Shown in pieces: positions 11,961 to 50,002 of a DNA stretch of 64,000 bases (position 1 is its first letter; each line of letters opens with the position of its first letter). The notes below the pieces were generated by a model. It saw nothing but the letters and a program-made list of their open reading frames with translations. It did no database searches and was not told the DNA's origin. This DNA is from Octopus vulgaris (taxonomy: Eukaryota), in assembly GCA_951406725.2 (NCBI GenBank), contig OX597823.1, positions 56,482,001-56,546,000 on the forward strand, given 5' to 3'. The position numbers and the translations under genes were made by a program.

Positions 11961-13970
11961 GCTATTTTCTTTACTTATGAACTGCTTTCATCCCTAATTC
12001 GCTTAGCTGTAGCCACTTGGTTATTTGATGTTTTTGAAAATTCATATATTTTTATAATTAAATGTTATTAGTTGTATGAAAAATTAAAATATTTTGTGTA
12101 TTGAAGAAGTATAACCAATTTATTGTACATAAGTTTTTAACAACAATATTTTATATGGACCTCTAGGGGCCATATGAACCACAATTTTAGATAATTAAAA
12201 AAAATGTTTCTTAACCTTTTAGCATTCAGATTACTCTATCGAATGTAATGCTTATTTATTACTTCCACCTTAGCAAAGGTGGAGGTATTGTTTTCAGTTG
12301 TGTTTGTTTGTCCGTGGACAAGATATTTCAAGAACTGTTGGATGGATTCAGATGAAACTTTTAGGGTTGTTTGACCTTGTGACTAGCTCAAAGTGATTAG
12401 ATTTTGTAACTGGCATGTAAAAATCACCCAGTATGCTTTAAGTGGTTGGCATTAGGAAGGGCATCCAGCTGTAGAAGCCATGCCAAATCAGATTGGAACC
12501 TTGTCCAGCTCTCCAGCTTAGTAGTTTTCAGTCAAACCATCCAACCCATGCCAGCATGGAAAACAGATGTTTTATGATGATGATGATGATGATAAATTAC
12601 AAATCATATGTGGATTATGTATGCTGGAGAAGGAGGTGTAATGCAATGATGTGACCTCCTTACGTAAGTGCTGATGTACTTTAAATAAATAAGTTTTTGC
12701 CAGTAGTCTGATAATTTGGCTTTTCAATATTTTATTGTTGGTAATAGTTGTACCAAGCAGACTTATGCTCATCTAGCTTCCTAGCTTCCTTGGCTGCTCA
12801 CTCTCCCATGGCTGCTTTGAATGCAGCACAGCTTTTTCAGATACTTTTAAAAATAATAATGCACATTTTATACATGGGTAAATATGGTAGTTTAAAATTT
12901 CAGTTCATTTAAAAACCTAGGAAGACCCCTGTGTTTATTCAAGGTGACATTCTTGTTTACCAGTTGTCACAAAGTTATGTCAGGTTGTAGTTTTGCCAGA
13001 TTATGCGTCTATCTAGCAAATGTCAGAAAGCTAGTCCTAAATACTTTAAATGAAGTAATTGTTCACATATATATCCTAAACTTCAAGCATTTAGTCATAA
13101 AAGTGAAATAGTCCTTTGTGTATACAGTTAAATGAAACAGACTTTATCCCAATTTATGTGACAGCAGTTAAAAGGCATGAAGATTACTGTTCATGTTGCT
13201 CATGTGTTAGAAGTATTAAATATTGATAAAATTGGAACAGTATTTGCTAGATTAAAGTGAACAAAAACAAAAAAAAAACAACTGTGGTTTTGAAGCAGAA
13301 AGCAGCTGAAGGGTTGCTCAGGCTCTCTGTCTGTTTTGACATGGTTTCTATGGCTGGATGTTCTTCTTAATGCCAACTACTCTATGCGGCATCTGCAGGG
13401 GGTGCTTTTATGTAGCACCAGCATGGTGCTTTTTATGTGGCACCAGCACCTACAGGCCTGCGATATTTGGGATGCAGGGACAATCCTTTATGCAAAGACA
13501 ACTATGCTTTTACTTAGCTTGGTGTGTCTTTTCAAGCACAGCAAATCATGTCATTTCCTCTGTGAGTCCCAATGTCTGTAGATCTTTTTTCACCACTTCG
13601 TTCCACGTCTTCCTGGGTCTACCCCTTACACATGTTCCCTCTACAATTAGAGATCAGCACCTCTTGATGCAACTGTCTCCATTCATACACATTACATGGC
13701 CATACCAGTGCTGTCTTTCTTGCATACTGCATCTGATGCTATGCATATCCATTTTTTCTCTCAAATGACTTACACTTTGTTGAAGTTCATGTGGTTCACT
13801 TGGTCTTTGTGCTTATATATATATATATATATATATATAGCAATTAAGGACAACCTCTTAATAAGGAAAACTTAACAAGAAATTATCGGGTAGATAGCGT
13901 GAAAAACCTCATAAAAGGAAAAATTTCGAAAATAATTCTTTCTTATTGAACATATTAATTTATATATATA

Positions 13971-14385
13971 GAGGGCATTATTATACATACATGCCACACG
14001 CTAAGAGGGACAAAATTAGTCATTTCTACCAAAATTTTACTAATCCCACCGAATGCAATTTTTCAAAGTAAGACATTTAAAAATATGGACTTGTATCACC
14101 TGTGATTTCATACCTCTGTATTCATCAGCAAGTCTGGGCGTATCATAAATAAACGAACCCAACTCGTCTAAGCCGAGCACCCATCTGATCAACTTCAACG
14201 AAGCACATGGGTGGGTTTACATATATTACATCCGGTAAATGGCAGACTTTTACGAATTGCATTTCGGGAAAGGAAAAGTTTTTTCGGAATAAAAATTTAG
14301 CAATTAAGGTGGGATTAGTAAAATTTTTGGTAGGAATGACTAATTTTGTCCCTCTTAGCGTGTGGCATGTATGTATAATAATGCC

Positions 14386-14388
<3 letters not shown>
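13971..14388. mobile_element. Penelope-like element fragment: 80-bp inverted arms enclosing a hammerhead ribozyme
   Basis: 13971-14050 is the near-exact reverse complement of 14308-14388; both arms abut (TA)n; a hammerhead motif lies in the loop. The Penelope assignment is inferred from architecture only. Confidence 0.6.
14088..14134 (-). ncRNA. Type I hammerhead ribozyme
   Basis: Minus strand reads GACUUG-CUGAUGA-AUAC(AGAG)GUAU-GAA-AUCA(CAGG)UGAU-A-CAAGUC: complete catalytic core, all three stems Watson-Crick, AUA cleavage triplet. Confidence 0.88.
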
Positions 14389-14432
<44 letters not shown>

Positions 14433-14436
14433 TACC

Positions 14437-14643
14437 CTTTACTCTTTTACTTGTTTCAGTCATGCTGGAGCACCGCCTTTAGTCGAGCAAATCGACTCCA
14501 GGACTTATTCTTTGTAAGCCCAGTACATATTCTATCGGTCTGTTTTGCCGAACCGCTAAGTGACGGGGATGTAAACACACCAGCATCGGTTGTCAAGCAA
14601 TGCTAGGGGGACAAACACAGACACACAAACATATACACACACA

Positions 14644-14691
<48 letters not shown>

Positions 14692-14862
14692 CATATATAC
14701 GACAGGCTTCTTTCAGTTTCCGTCTACCAAATCCACTCACAAGGCATTGGTCGGCCCGGGGCTATAGCAGAAGACACTTCCCCAAGATGTCACGCAGTGG
14801 GACTGAACCCGGAACCATGTGGTTGGTTAGCAAGCTACTTACCACACAGCCACTCCTGCACC
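14437..14862 (-). mobile_element. Family-C tRNA/CORE-like SINE with internal (AC)n/(AT)n microsatellite
   Basis: Minus strand: A-box-like tggctgtgtggtaag, B-box-like gggttcagtcc, CORE-like cttgggaagtgtctt, tail ...ctgaaacaagtaaaagag. Confidence 0.85.
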
Positions 14863-14871
14863 TATATATAT

Positions 14872-15251
14872 ATATAAAGCTGAAGTTGTCTGTGTATGGC
14901 TGGTTTGGTAGCCTTCAACTAACACTATCTCCTCCAAGACCCTGCGGCGCAAGTTGACCAAAATTGAGAGTATGATAGAAGGCTTGCTCTTCATTCCATA
15001 CATGAAAAAATTCAAATCGGACCATGTTAATACCAAAAATTATTTACATCAAAAAGGTGCTTTTTTTTCTATGAAAATCCCTATTTTTTACGATTTTTTG
15101 ACTGCTGTGTCACCATTTTTCGGTGTATTTCAACCAGAAAAATCTTCACTTAAAGATAATAACAAGCTACATAGTTCAAAAATTTTACTTTTCAAAAATT
15201 CCAATTCTAAAGGGTTGAAACAAACCCGAGCAACGCCGGGTGATACTGCTA

Positions 15252-15252
<1 letters not shown>
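14872..15252 (+). mobile_element. Non-autonomous Helitron
   Basis: Starts tatataaagctgaagttgtctgtg; ends with hairpin cccgagcaacgccggg then CTAG (15249-15252) followed by T; inserted in (TA)n. Confidence 0.75.
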
Positions 15253-15285
<33 letters not shown>

Positions 15286-16573
15286 AGCAAAAGTGCAATA
15301 GAGGACAATTAAGCATCTGGACAGACAGATGATGCAAAGGTGGACAGGAAGAACAACAAAAAGAGGGACAGGAAAAAATTGGATGGGTCATTCATGGCCT
15401 TCTTTCATCAGTTTCCAGATTGTCCTCACAGTTTCGGGCAGTTACACTTAAGACTGTTCAAATCAGGTTTCCCCCAAAAAGTGTAAGCATTATATTTTTT
15501 TCTAAGAAAGAAAGTGAATATGACAACAAAGACAAAAGATGGAGAACCTGTTACACAATTACAAATACACAAATACAAACAACAAGAATATAACAACAGG
15601 CGTCTTTTGACTAATAAGGAAGAATCAAATTGAGCTGGCATGTATAGAGTGAAAGCCTTGAGGCAGGAACATAGATGGACATAAGAGATGTTGGCAGTCA
15701 AGCCAAGAAAGAAAGATCATGGCTGGCTGAACATCAGTCACGTGGAAGGAGGAGAGAGGGGTAACGGGCAGAGGGATTTGGAGAAGGGGAAAGAGAAAAA
15801 AAATCAAAAGGACAAAGAGAAGGGCCAAGAAATGTGAGAGAGGGGGAGCAAGAAAAAAAAAAAGAAAGTATGGGGGGGACTAAAAGATGGAGTGTGCTGA
15901 GTGCTTTTTACATGGTATTAGTAACTTGTATGACATTACTTGGTGACCTCTCTAATGTTGGTACCATGTAAAAAGCACCCTGTACATTGTGAAGTGGTTG
16001 GGTTACCTCCCTCTTGATTGTGTTTCCAATAATCTACTATAATGATACGCGTGTGTGTTTTTCTGTCACAACATGTGAATGGGAAAGGAAGGGGTGATGG
16101 CAAACTTGGTAGTGGGATGATGGAAATTCTACGGTGAAAAAAAAATCAAACCACCTTTCAACTCTGTGTGAGTGTCTATGTTAAAGAGGTGTGTGTGTGT
16201 GTGCAATGAAAGTGGGATAGTGAACATTCAACACCGAAAAGAAAAAGCAAACTGCATTTCAACTCTGTGTGAGTATGCATGTGCGTGTACAAGGGAAGTA
16301 TGTGAATGTTTATCTGTGTGAACCAGCTTTCTTTCAGTAACAAACGATGATAGATGTCAATTCTCAAAATACAGCCACTAGATAACATTGAGAAGTGTAT
16401 TAATTTGAATTACCATCCATATTCTATCTTTTGTCCTTATTTATATGTAAAATCCTACAATTAACTGTAATTTTTGATGGCACGGAGCCAGCTAGTGGTT
16501 ATATTTTCTTAGATTAACCTTTTGTCGATTTAATAATAATATGATTTATTATTAAACACACACACATATACAC

Positions 16574-16975
16574 TTTTACTTGTTTCAGTCATTTGACTGT
16601 GGCCATGCTGGAGCAGCACCTTTTAGTCGAGCAAATTGACCCCAGGACTTATTCTTTGTAAGCCTAGTACTTATTCTATTGGTCTCTTTTGCCAAACCGC
16701 TAAGTGACGGGGACGTAAACACACCAGCATCAGTTGTCAAGCGATGTTGGGGGGGACAAACATAGACACACAAACACACACATATATATATATATATATA
16801 CACACATATATGCAATGGGCTTCTTTCAGTTTCCGTCTACCAAATCCACTCACAAGGCTTTGGTTGGCCTGAGGCTATAGTAGAAGACACTTGCCCCAGG
16901 TGCCTCGCAGTGGGACTGAACCCAAACCATGTGGTTGGTAAGCAAGTTACTTACCACACAGCCACTTCTGTGCCT
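16574..16975 (-). mobile_element. Family-C SINE, full length
   Basis: Same head, CORE-like segment, microsatellite and tail as 14437-14862. Confidence 0.85.
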
Positions 16976-17925
16976 ATATGTGTAATATATATTTAATGTT
17001 AAAGCTGTATTATGTTTATAGAAACTTAAATGTACGTTATCATATTTTATGTACTTATTTATGTAATCTAGCTTGCTATGTTTACTCTTTGTGAGAAATT
17101 TAGTTCAGAATATCAAGGACTAAATAGGGACCGTTACATTGAGTGTAGGAAAAAAAAATGAAGGCAAAATACATGAACTGATTTTTAGGTACGAAAAGGT
17201 GAAAAGGTGAAGGCTACTTTATATTCAAAGATTGCATTGTACTCGAGAGTGAATAGAAGTAGTTCAGATTTAGATAATGAATTTCCTTTTTTTATCTATC
17301 ATACAAGATAACCATATAAAACAGAAAAAGCAATACTGTTACATATTAGAGCAGTGCAGCTGATTGGTTAAACTGATTGTTTACATACTTAGAAACATTG
17401 GTGAGGTAATTCATTAAAACATTTGCACTTGCTGCCTTTTTTTTTTTCTTTCTTTTCTTTTTATCATCATTGTGTCAGCGTACACTTTTCTATGATTTCA
17501 TAGACCTGGTGAAATTTGTTCGTGTATTTTTTGACAGTTGGATAATCTTTACTATTGCTCATCCTCACTTATCTCCAAACAAAGTAATATTTCACTAATT
17601 CTTCCAACACAAACAAATAAATGGCCAGGTTGTGTGTGTTGTTTTTTTTAATAGTAGATTGCAAAACAAATAACCATACTTCTATATAAAAAGTGATTTT
17701 GTATACAATCAATGTGCAGTGTTAAGACAGGATCTCTCTCCCTCCCTCTCCCTCTCTCTCTCACACTCACACAGATGCTTCTTTCAGTTTCCATCTTCCA
17801 AATTCACTTGTAGGGCTTTGATTGGCCAGGGGCTATAGTAGAAGGTACTTGTTCAAAGTGCCATGCTGTCGGACTGAACTGGAAACCGCATAGGTGGAAG
17901 GAACTTCTTAACCATACACGTGCCT

Positions 17926-18317
17926 ACTCTTTACTCTTTTACTTGTTTCAGTCAGTTGACTGCGGCCATGCTGGAGCACCGCCTTTAGTCGAGCAACTCG
18001 ACCCCGGGTCTTATTCTTTGTAAGCCCAGTACTTATTCTATCGGTCTCTTTTGCCGAACCGTTAAGTGACGGGGACATAAACACACCAGCATCGGTTGTC
18101 AAGCAATGCTAGGGGGACAAACACAGACACACAAACATACATATATATACACATATACGACGGGCTTCTTTCAGTTTGTGTCTACCAAATCCACTCACAA
18201 GGCTTTGGTCGACCCGAGGCTATAGTAGAAGACACTTGCCCAAGGTGCCACGCAGTGGGACTGAACCCGGAACCATGTGGTTGGTAAGCAAGCTACTTAC
18301 CACACAGCCACTCTTGC
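17926..18317 (-). mobile_element. Family-C SINE, full length, young (CpGs retained)
   Basis: Near-consensus copy. Confidence 0.85.
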
Positions 18318-18927
18318 CAACAATATTTTTTGTTATTTCTTGTAGTAGAGGTAAATTGATAAGTTGTGAGTTCAAATCCATTGTAAATTTTTCTTAAGGA
18401 CATTTAGGTCGTGCTGATAACAGATTCCTTCAAATGTACTCCACCATTTCAATTGTTTCATGATGTGTATTTTAGCTTTGCTGCTTGGTAGATCTAAATT
18501 CTCATGAAGAATTTTATCCTTGTGAATATAACCATTTACTTTGCCAATAACTTTTAGTGCTATTTTAAATCATATCAATGAAACTATATGCATTCAGAAA
18601 CCTTTAATTCCAATGAAAATGTTCTCTTGTCCAGCATTTATTTTGTTTTTAAATTAAGAAGATATAGTTGATGGAATCTACTTCAATATTGTATTTTCTA
18701 AGTATTACTGGAAATGAACATCTGCAATTTGTTTCTAATTGATCAGTCATCATTATGGTGATGTCCATTTCTGTTTTTTTTTTATTTATTTCTGACAACA
18801 TAATTGTTTTTCTCTATAATCATGAAAGTCGTTTGCCAATAATGATTTTCTTTAATTTTTTGATTGTGACTTAATTTCTCTGAGTTTTGATTTTTATTCT
18901 ATTGAGTCATCTATATTGTGATTTCAG

Positions 18928-43466
<24,539 letters not shown>

Positions 43467-44494
43467 GTTATTTTGTAAGTTTCTTTTACTCAACTGCTTT
43501 ATTTACACCTCTTTGTCATCTTCAGTTTCATATTTAATCCCTAAGGTGCAGAGATCAGATTAAAGCCACATACCACAGCAATGACTTCACTAGTGTGCTG
43601 CCTGTCCTCCTTCAAAGTGCATCCACCAAATCAAACCTACAAGTGTAGGGGAGGGCTGCAAAGGTTATGGGTGATGCTAGCTTCTCTTTTAAAATTGAAA
43701 AAAGAAAAAGAAAAACTGTAGCTATAGGTTTTAGCATTAAGAAGAGCATCCAACTATAGAAACCATGCCAAATCAGACTGGAACCTGGTGCAGCTCTCTG
43801 GTTTACCAATTTGTCAGACCACCCAACCCATGCCAGCATGGAAAGTGGACATTAAGTGATGATGATGAGGCATGGCAGTGTGGTAAGAAGTTTGCTTCCC
43901 AACCACATGGTTCTGGAGTCAGTCCTACTGCATAGTACTTTGGGAAAGTGTCTTCTACTATAGCCTTGTGCTGGCCTAAGCCATGTGAATGGATTTGGTA
44001 GACGAAAACTGAAAGAAGCCAGTCATATGTGTGTGTGTTTCTATTGGTGGCTTGGCAAAAGAGACTGATAGAATAAGTACCAGGCTTAAAAAAATGTACT
44101 GGGGGTCAATTTCTTTGTTCCTCAAGGTGGTGTTCCAGCATGGCCACAGTCTAATGACTGAAACAAGTAAAAGATATTAAGAACTTCCAGAACAACTCCA
44201 AATGGTTGATGAAAGAAGGATGTTAAGATTTATATTTTGGAAGAGATAAAATTGTTTTTATTGAATCATTCTGGAATCAGTAACTGTTAATCTCAGAATT
44301 CTCAGGAGTACAACACAATGGCTGTTATGTGTATGTTTGTGCTAATATTAGACCTCATGGCTATCTGATCAAAAGTTATCCTGTTAACCTCACAAAAGTT
44401 GGCATTTTATTGCATCAAATTTCATAAAATTTTTCAAATAAGATTTTTGGTCCACTGAAATCTCCTGGCATACAAGTCAATGTAGTATAAGAGT

Positions 44495-44812
44495 AAAAGG
44501 GTAAAGACCCCACCTTCAGTCATTAACTTCCAAGGTACAGGTCTGGGCAAGGTTGTTTTTGGAAGACCAGCAGTTGCCCATATGCATCAGTCTCGACTCT
44601 CCATGCCACTGATGTTATCCAAGGGAAAGGCAAAGGCCAATGCATTTTGGCGCCAGTGATGTCGTAACTCATTTCTACTGCTGAACGAACTGGAGCAATG
44701 TGAGATAAAGTGTCTTGTTCAAGAACACAAAACACAGCCCCCTCTGGGATTCGAACTCACTACCTCATGACTATGAGTCCAATGCTCTAACCACTGAGCC
44801 ATGTGCTTCACA
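44495..44812 (-). mobile_element. Family-B tRNA-derived SINE
   Basis: Reverse complement of 54447-54783. Confidence 0.8.
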
Positions 44813-46162
44813 CCAATGTAGTATGTAGTGTAAGCATTTAAACATTGTCAAAAGTTTCCAAATCTTACAGCATTTCACAGTGGTATAATTGGTCTTCCAT
44901 ATCATCCTGGTATATAACTTGATCGATCTTTTTCACTGTAAATTTTAGTCTGAAAAATTTGACATCTATGCTGGAAAATTCGATACATATGTAACTAAAT
45001 GACACCATGTCGGTTATGATGACGAGTGTTCCAATCGATCCAATAAACGGAACAGCCTGCTCATGAAATTAATGTGAAAGTGGCTGAGCACTCCACAGAC
45101 ATGCATGCCCTTAACATAGTTTTCAGGGAGATTCAATGTGACACAATGTACAAGGCTGGTTCCATTGAATTACAGGTACAATTCATTTTTGCCAGCTGAG
45201 TAGATGAGAGCAACGTGAAATAAAGTGCACAACACACCACCAGGAATTGAACTTATGACCTTAAGCCAAATACCCTAACCAATAAGCCACATGCTTTTAC
45301 AAATTTAAAAATTTTGGTCTGAAAAATTTGACTTGTATGCTGGAAAACTTGACACACACACACACACACACACATGCACACATGCATAATGTATATTCTT
45401 GCCTACAAGTCGACATACTATATGTTGCAAACATCCAAACATTGTCACCATCTTTCAAAATCCTACTGCATTTCACAATGGAATATTTGGTCTTCAGTAT
45501 CGTTTTGATGTATAAATCTGCCACTTTTTTGGATTGTAAATGTTGGTTTTAAAAACTCGACTTGTATGCTGAAAAATAATTTAATTTCTCCTAACAGACT
45601 CTGAGTTGAGATTCTGCTTTGGTTAAACTTTGTATTTCATCCTTACGAAGTTGATAAAATTAGTACCAGTTAACTATGGAATTCAAAGCATTTTGAAAAT
45701 TTCTGACCTTGTGCCAGTATTAGAGATTATTTGTTACTTTAGTTGTTGTTGTTTCACATTATAATTGTTGTAATATTTGCTTTATTATTGCAGCTAGAAA
45801 ACCTAAGAACCTTAGCGTTGGCCACCTCTTTTAGACGTTACCTGCAGCTGTCACAAATATATTTATGGTTTCTGGATATCTTCATCCTTTTCTCACAACT
45901 GGAAAGAAACTTATATAAACATTCACACACAGAGACACACACGTATGTTGATACATACATACATAAATACATATATACATACATACATACATAAATACAT
46001 ATATACATACATATATAATTAAATAAAAGAAGCACATCCACTTTGGAGAACATTCTGGGTTTACCCAGTCTTGTATAGATATTAAAATGTTTTAAAAAAA
46101 AAATATTTTTATTTTATTATTATGATTATTATTATGATTATTATTATTATTATTATTATTAT

Positions 46163-46378
46163 TAAGGCAGCAAGCTGGCAGAATTGTTAGCATGCCAGGT
46201 GAAATGCTTAGTGGTATTTCGTCTGTCACTACTTTCTGAGTTCAAATTCTGCCGAGGTCAACTTTGCCTTTCATCCTTTTGGGGTCGATACGTTAAGTAC
46301 CAGTTGAACACTGGGGTCGGTATAATTGACTAGTTCCCTCCCTCAAAATTTCAGGCCTTGTGCCTTTAGTAGAAAGGA
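46163..46378 (+). mobile_element. Family-E SINE flanked by (ATT)n
   Basis: aaggcagcaagctggcagaa...gagttcaaattc...gcctttcatccttttggggtcgata. Confidence 0.8.
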
Positions 46379-47099
46379 TTATTATTATTATTATTATTAT
46401 TGCTTTTTGGCAAATAAGGTCTCTTTCCTTTGTATCCTTAAGTTTAAAAATATCTTGTTTTTCTATTAGTGATAAATTGTGTTATTCATTGTTGTAGAAC
46501 CAATCACAACTGTAAATGACTAGTTGTTTCCTCTGTTTTTTGATCCCTTGGAGCCAAAATTTGAGAAGATATTTCTGAAACTTATTTTGAACACAATATT
46601 AGACTGTAACCAGCCAACCAGCCAGAGGGTTTAGTGAGGGGCGCTTTGAGAGGAAAATGGAACTATTTGTATGAATGTTTTCCTCCTGTGATAGGCCAAA
46701 GTTAAAAATATTAATACCCACCGCTGTAACAAGTATCAGCTTCGACAACAGTAACGATAACAAGTACAATTACATACCAAATGAAAAGTACTACAGTAGC
46801 AGAATGACAAAAACAACTCCACTGCTGCTGTTGTCACAAATACTACAACTCATTAAAATAAATTAATAAACGATGAACTATCTCTGGAATTTGGGATCTT
46901 CTCTCAAATAGCGAGATCTGAAGACTTTTAAGTGGAGCCTTCAAGGAATCTCTGAACTCCTTGGTAACCAGATTGTTTTTCAACCAAAAGTAAATAGATT
47001 CTCACCTTTTTCCCGCTACTCAGTGGAAAATGGTACTTAAAGTACATCTGACATTTAACAAATGACCTCAGCTTAGTAGGTAATAGATGTTGCGAGGGC

Positions 47100-48745
47100 T
47101 GGATGCATGCTCTTATGCCCATCGATAACTTCGATATATTGCTTCTCTTAGTCGGCCTTGAAAAGCCTGGATTTCGAAGTTCTGCCATACTTCCTAGATC
47201 TGGACGATGCATTGGTGGTCCTGGAAGTGAGCTGTAGTGAAGGCGGTGCCTTCAGACTTGTAGCTGTCTATTATCCCTTTTAAAGGAATGCAACTTCGAT
47301 CAAGGCAGAGATGAATCCGTAAAGTTGATGGGCTTGCGGTTTAGTACTTCGAGAAGCAAGACCAGATTGTTCATCCAGCGTCGTGGGCCAATGGGTGAAT
47401 GGTTCGGTTTTGTCGATTGGAGTCTGGTTTGCACCAGACCTCAAGTGACGTTAGGAACAGGGTGATCAGTTTCACCCCGAAATGGGCCGGGAGTACGATA
47501 AAATTGAAAGGTCTGGTAGAAGTTATATATCACCTTATATCGTCTCTCTATTTTGTTACTCTCTGACCATCTAGTTTACATTTGTGTAGTGAGGAGTGGT
47601 CTGCTCCTTGGCTTTTTGTGGAAAGGACGTGATCCTTTGCTCAGACAATCAGTCCATTTACTCTCATTCCTTCCTTACATGGGAGGTTTGATATGCTGTG
47701 GATGATGATGCCCTAGTGTGCTCTGGCTACAACACAAGATTCGTAGACGGTGAGCAGATGTGGCTCCCTATTGGCAGGAACATCTTTTCAAAGCTCGTCT
47801 CCTTGACAGAGCTGCAATCCTGGGTTAAGCAAAGCTCAAGACTGGGTACTTGGTATACGGGTATGAAATGTCAAGCGTTCTCCAGAGGACGAGTAATGAA
47901 GAAGGGCAACGAAGTTCTTGGAAACGCTAGGCATCAACAAGACTTGGTCTCTCTGGTACAGAAAACTTTCAACTCAGGAACTATGAATGAATTCAAGAAA
48001 TCTCCGACGTGGTGCTGTTACTGGTAGATATTGCTAATTCAAGACAAACTCTACAAGCCTGGAAATGCTGCTAGATGAGTCTGTACCAAATGTGAGCAGA
48101 CCAACGAAACTATTTTGTATGTACTCTTTCAGTATCTGAGCATTATTGGTTTGTGAATTTTTGTCAAATATAGCTGTTGTCGTGGGTCGAACGGTTTGCC
48201 TATCAGACAAATCTTTCAAGATTTCTACCCCCTCCCTACCAGTCATCTTTTACTGGCTTTGGCGAAAGCAGTTGTGTGGTGAGTCTGGAAAGAGTATAGA
48301 GATAGACATACTTTCAGTTTCCCCTCGGAAGAAGGTAAGAATGAAACAGGAAGTGCAGCCCCCAATTAGTTATTTGAAAAGTAAGTGGGAATGGTGAACA
48401 TAGTATTTACAAATGGACCTACTCTGAGCATGCAGCTGTAAGGCTAGAAAACGATAAATGGAGAGGGCACTTTTAATGGTTGATTCAAGGTTTTGTGGGA
48501 TTTCCTTAATTGGGCCCATGCAGTCGAGAGGGCACTTGCCTTTCGTAGTTAAGGTGATTCAGGTTTTGTGAGGTTTCCTCAATTGGGCCCAAGTAGCTGT
48601 CCCCTTTTTCATTGCGAAATTTTGTTGGAAGTTTTTTTTTTGTTATTTCTGTCTCCATGTTCTACTCAATACTCCTATGTTTGTATCTTGTCTTTTTGCA
48701 CTGTTCTCTTTCCTTTGTGCTTTTGTTTGTACCTAATAAAGAAAT
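47100..48745 (+). mobile_element. Highly decayed, internally deleted L1/Tx1-type LINE
   Basis: Endonuclease-like GGAFRLVAVY (~47240). C-terminal CTKCEQTNETILYVLFQY (48082-48135) resembles the CxxC..ETxxH..C knuckle of L1/Tx1 ORF2. AATAAA at 48735. Boundaries are approximate. Confidence 0.55.
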
Positions 48746-49477
48746 CATCATCATCAGTTTTATTATTATTATTATTATTAGTAGTAGTAGTAGTATTAGT
48801 ATTGTTGTTGTTATTAAGGCAGCGAGCTGGCAGAATCGTTAGCGCGCCGGACGAAATGCTTAGTGGTATTTCGCCCGTCGCTACATTCTGAGTTCAAATT
48901 CCGTCTTTCGGGGTCGATAAATTAAGTACCAGTGAAACACTGGGGTCAATGTAATCGACTATCCCCCCTCCTTCAAGATTTCAGGCTTTGTGCCTATGGT
49001 AGAAAGCATTATCAGTAATATTAATACGCCAACTTTTTGTCTTTGTACGTACCTGTTGTGTGCGTCACAGTTCTTTGAAGTGGCAAAGCGAGAGAGAGGA
49101 AATAAGAGAGGAGTGAGAGAGAAAGAGAGTGAAAGAGACATCAGTGGTGATGGCATTCGCTTTGTGCTTTTAAATGTTTCAGGGAGGACGTAAGAGAGAA
49201 AGAAAGAGAGTGAGAAAACGTGAAAGAGAAAGAGACAATGAGTGGTGACGGCGTTCGTTTTGTGTTTTTAGATGTTCATCACATCACTAGAGAAGTAGAT
49301 ACACACATTGTTTAATCAAAAGCGGGAAAGAAGGACACAGGAAGAGAAAGAGAAAGTGAGAGAGACAATTCATACATAGACACTGCGAATATTGGCTGTC
49401 AGTTTCACTTTACATTATCACACGAGAATAAAATTTACTCACAAATGGCTGAGTACTCCATAGCTATAACTCGAGAC

Positions 49478-49508
<31 letters not shown>

Positions 49509-49689
49509 AATATATATGCGTGTGTGTATAGTATAAGTTAGTTAAAACATGTTTGCAATAATCAGTGCCGCGTGGTGGAAATAAACGCATATTCCAAACT
49601 TTCATTCATAAATCCATTTATTATTTTGTTCTTTTGCATTTCAATTTGTACCCAGAAATTTTCGACAACTGCGCACCAGAAGAAATGGG

Positions 49690-50002
49690 GGAAAAAAATT
49701 CCCAGAATTAAACTTAGCCCAAGTGATGCAAATATTCCATTCACACTAAACATACTTCAGTTTCCACTTCGACTTGCATATTCAATGACAATTGATAAAG
49801 CTGAAGGGCAAGCATTTGAAAAAGTTGGAATACATTTGCCTCAACTGGTATTTTCTCATGGCCAATTATATGTCGCATTTTCAAGAGCACGAGCTATGAA
49901 CAATATCAAAGTAAGAGTTATGACACTCAATTGGGATGACAGACAAGGCCAAAAACGTGGTGTGACATACACACAAAATATTGTCTACCGCGAAGTACTG
50001 CG
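49690..50002 (+). mobile_element. Helitron Rep/helicase C-terminal (PIF1-like) fragment
   Basis: IPRIKLSPSDANIPFTLNILQFPLRLAYSMTIDKAEGQAFEKVGIHLPQLVFSHGQLYVAFSRAR...TQNIVYREVL matches SF1/PIF1 helicase motifs V-VI and the typical Helitron C-terminus. Confidence 0.9.

Noticed and set aside
15423-15470. Minus-strand hammerhead-like cctgatttg..cccgaaactgtgagg
   Set aside because: Core CUGANGA is broken and stem II is mismatched; too degenerate to call
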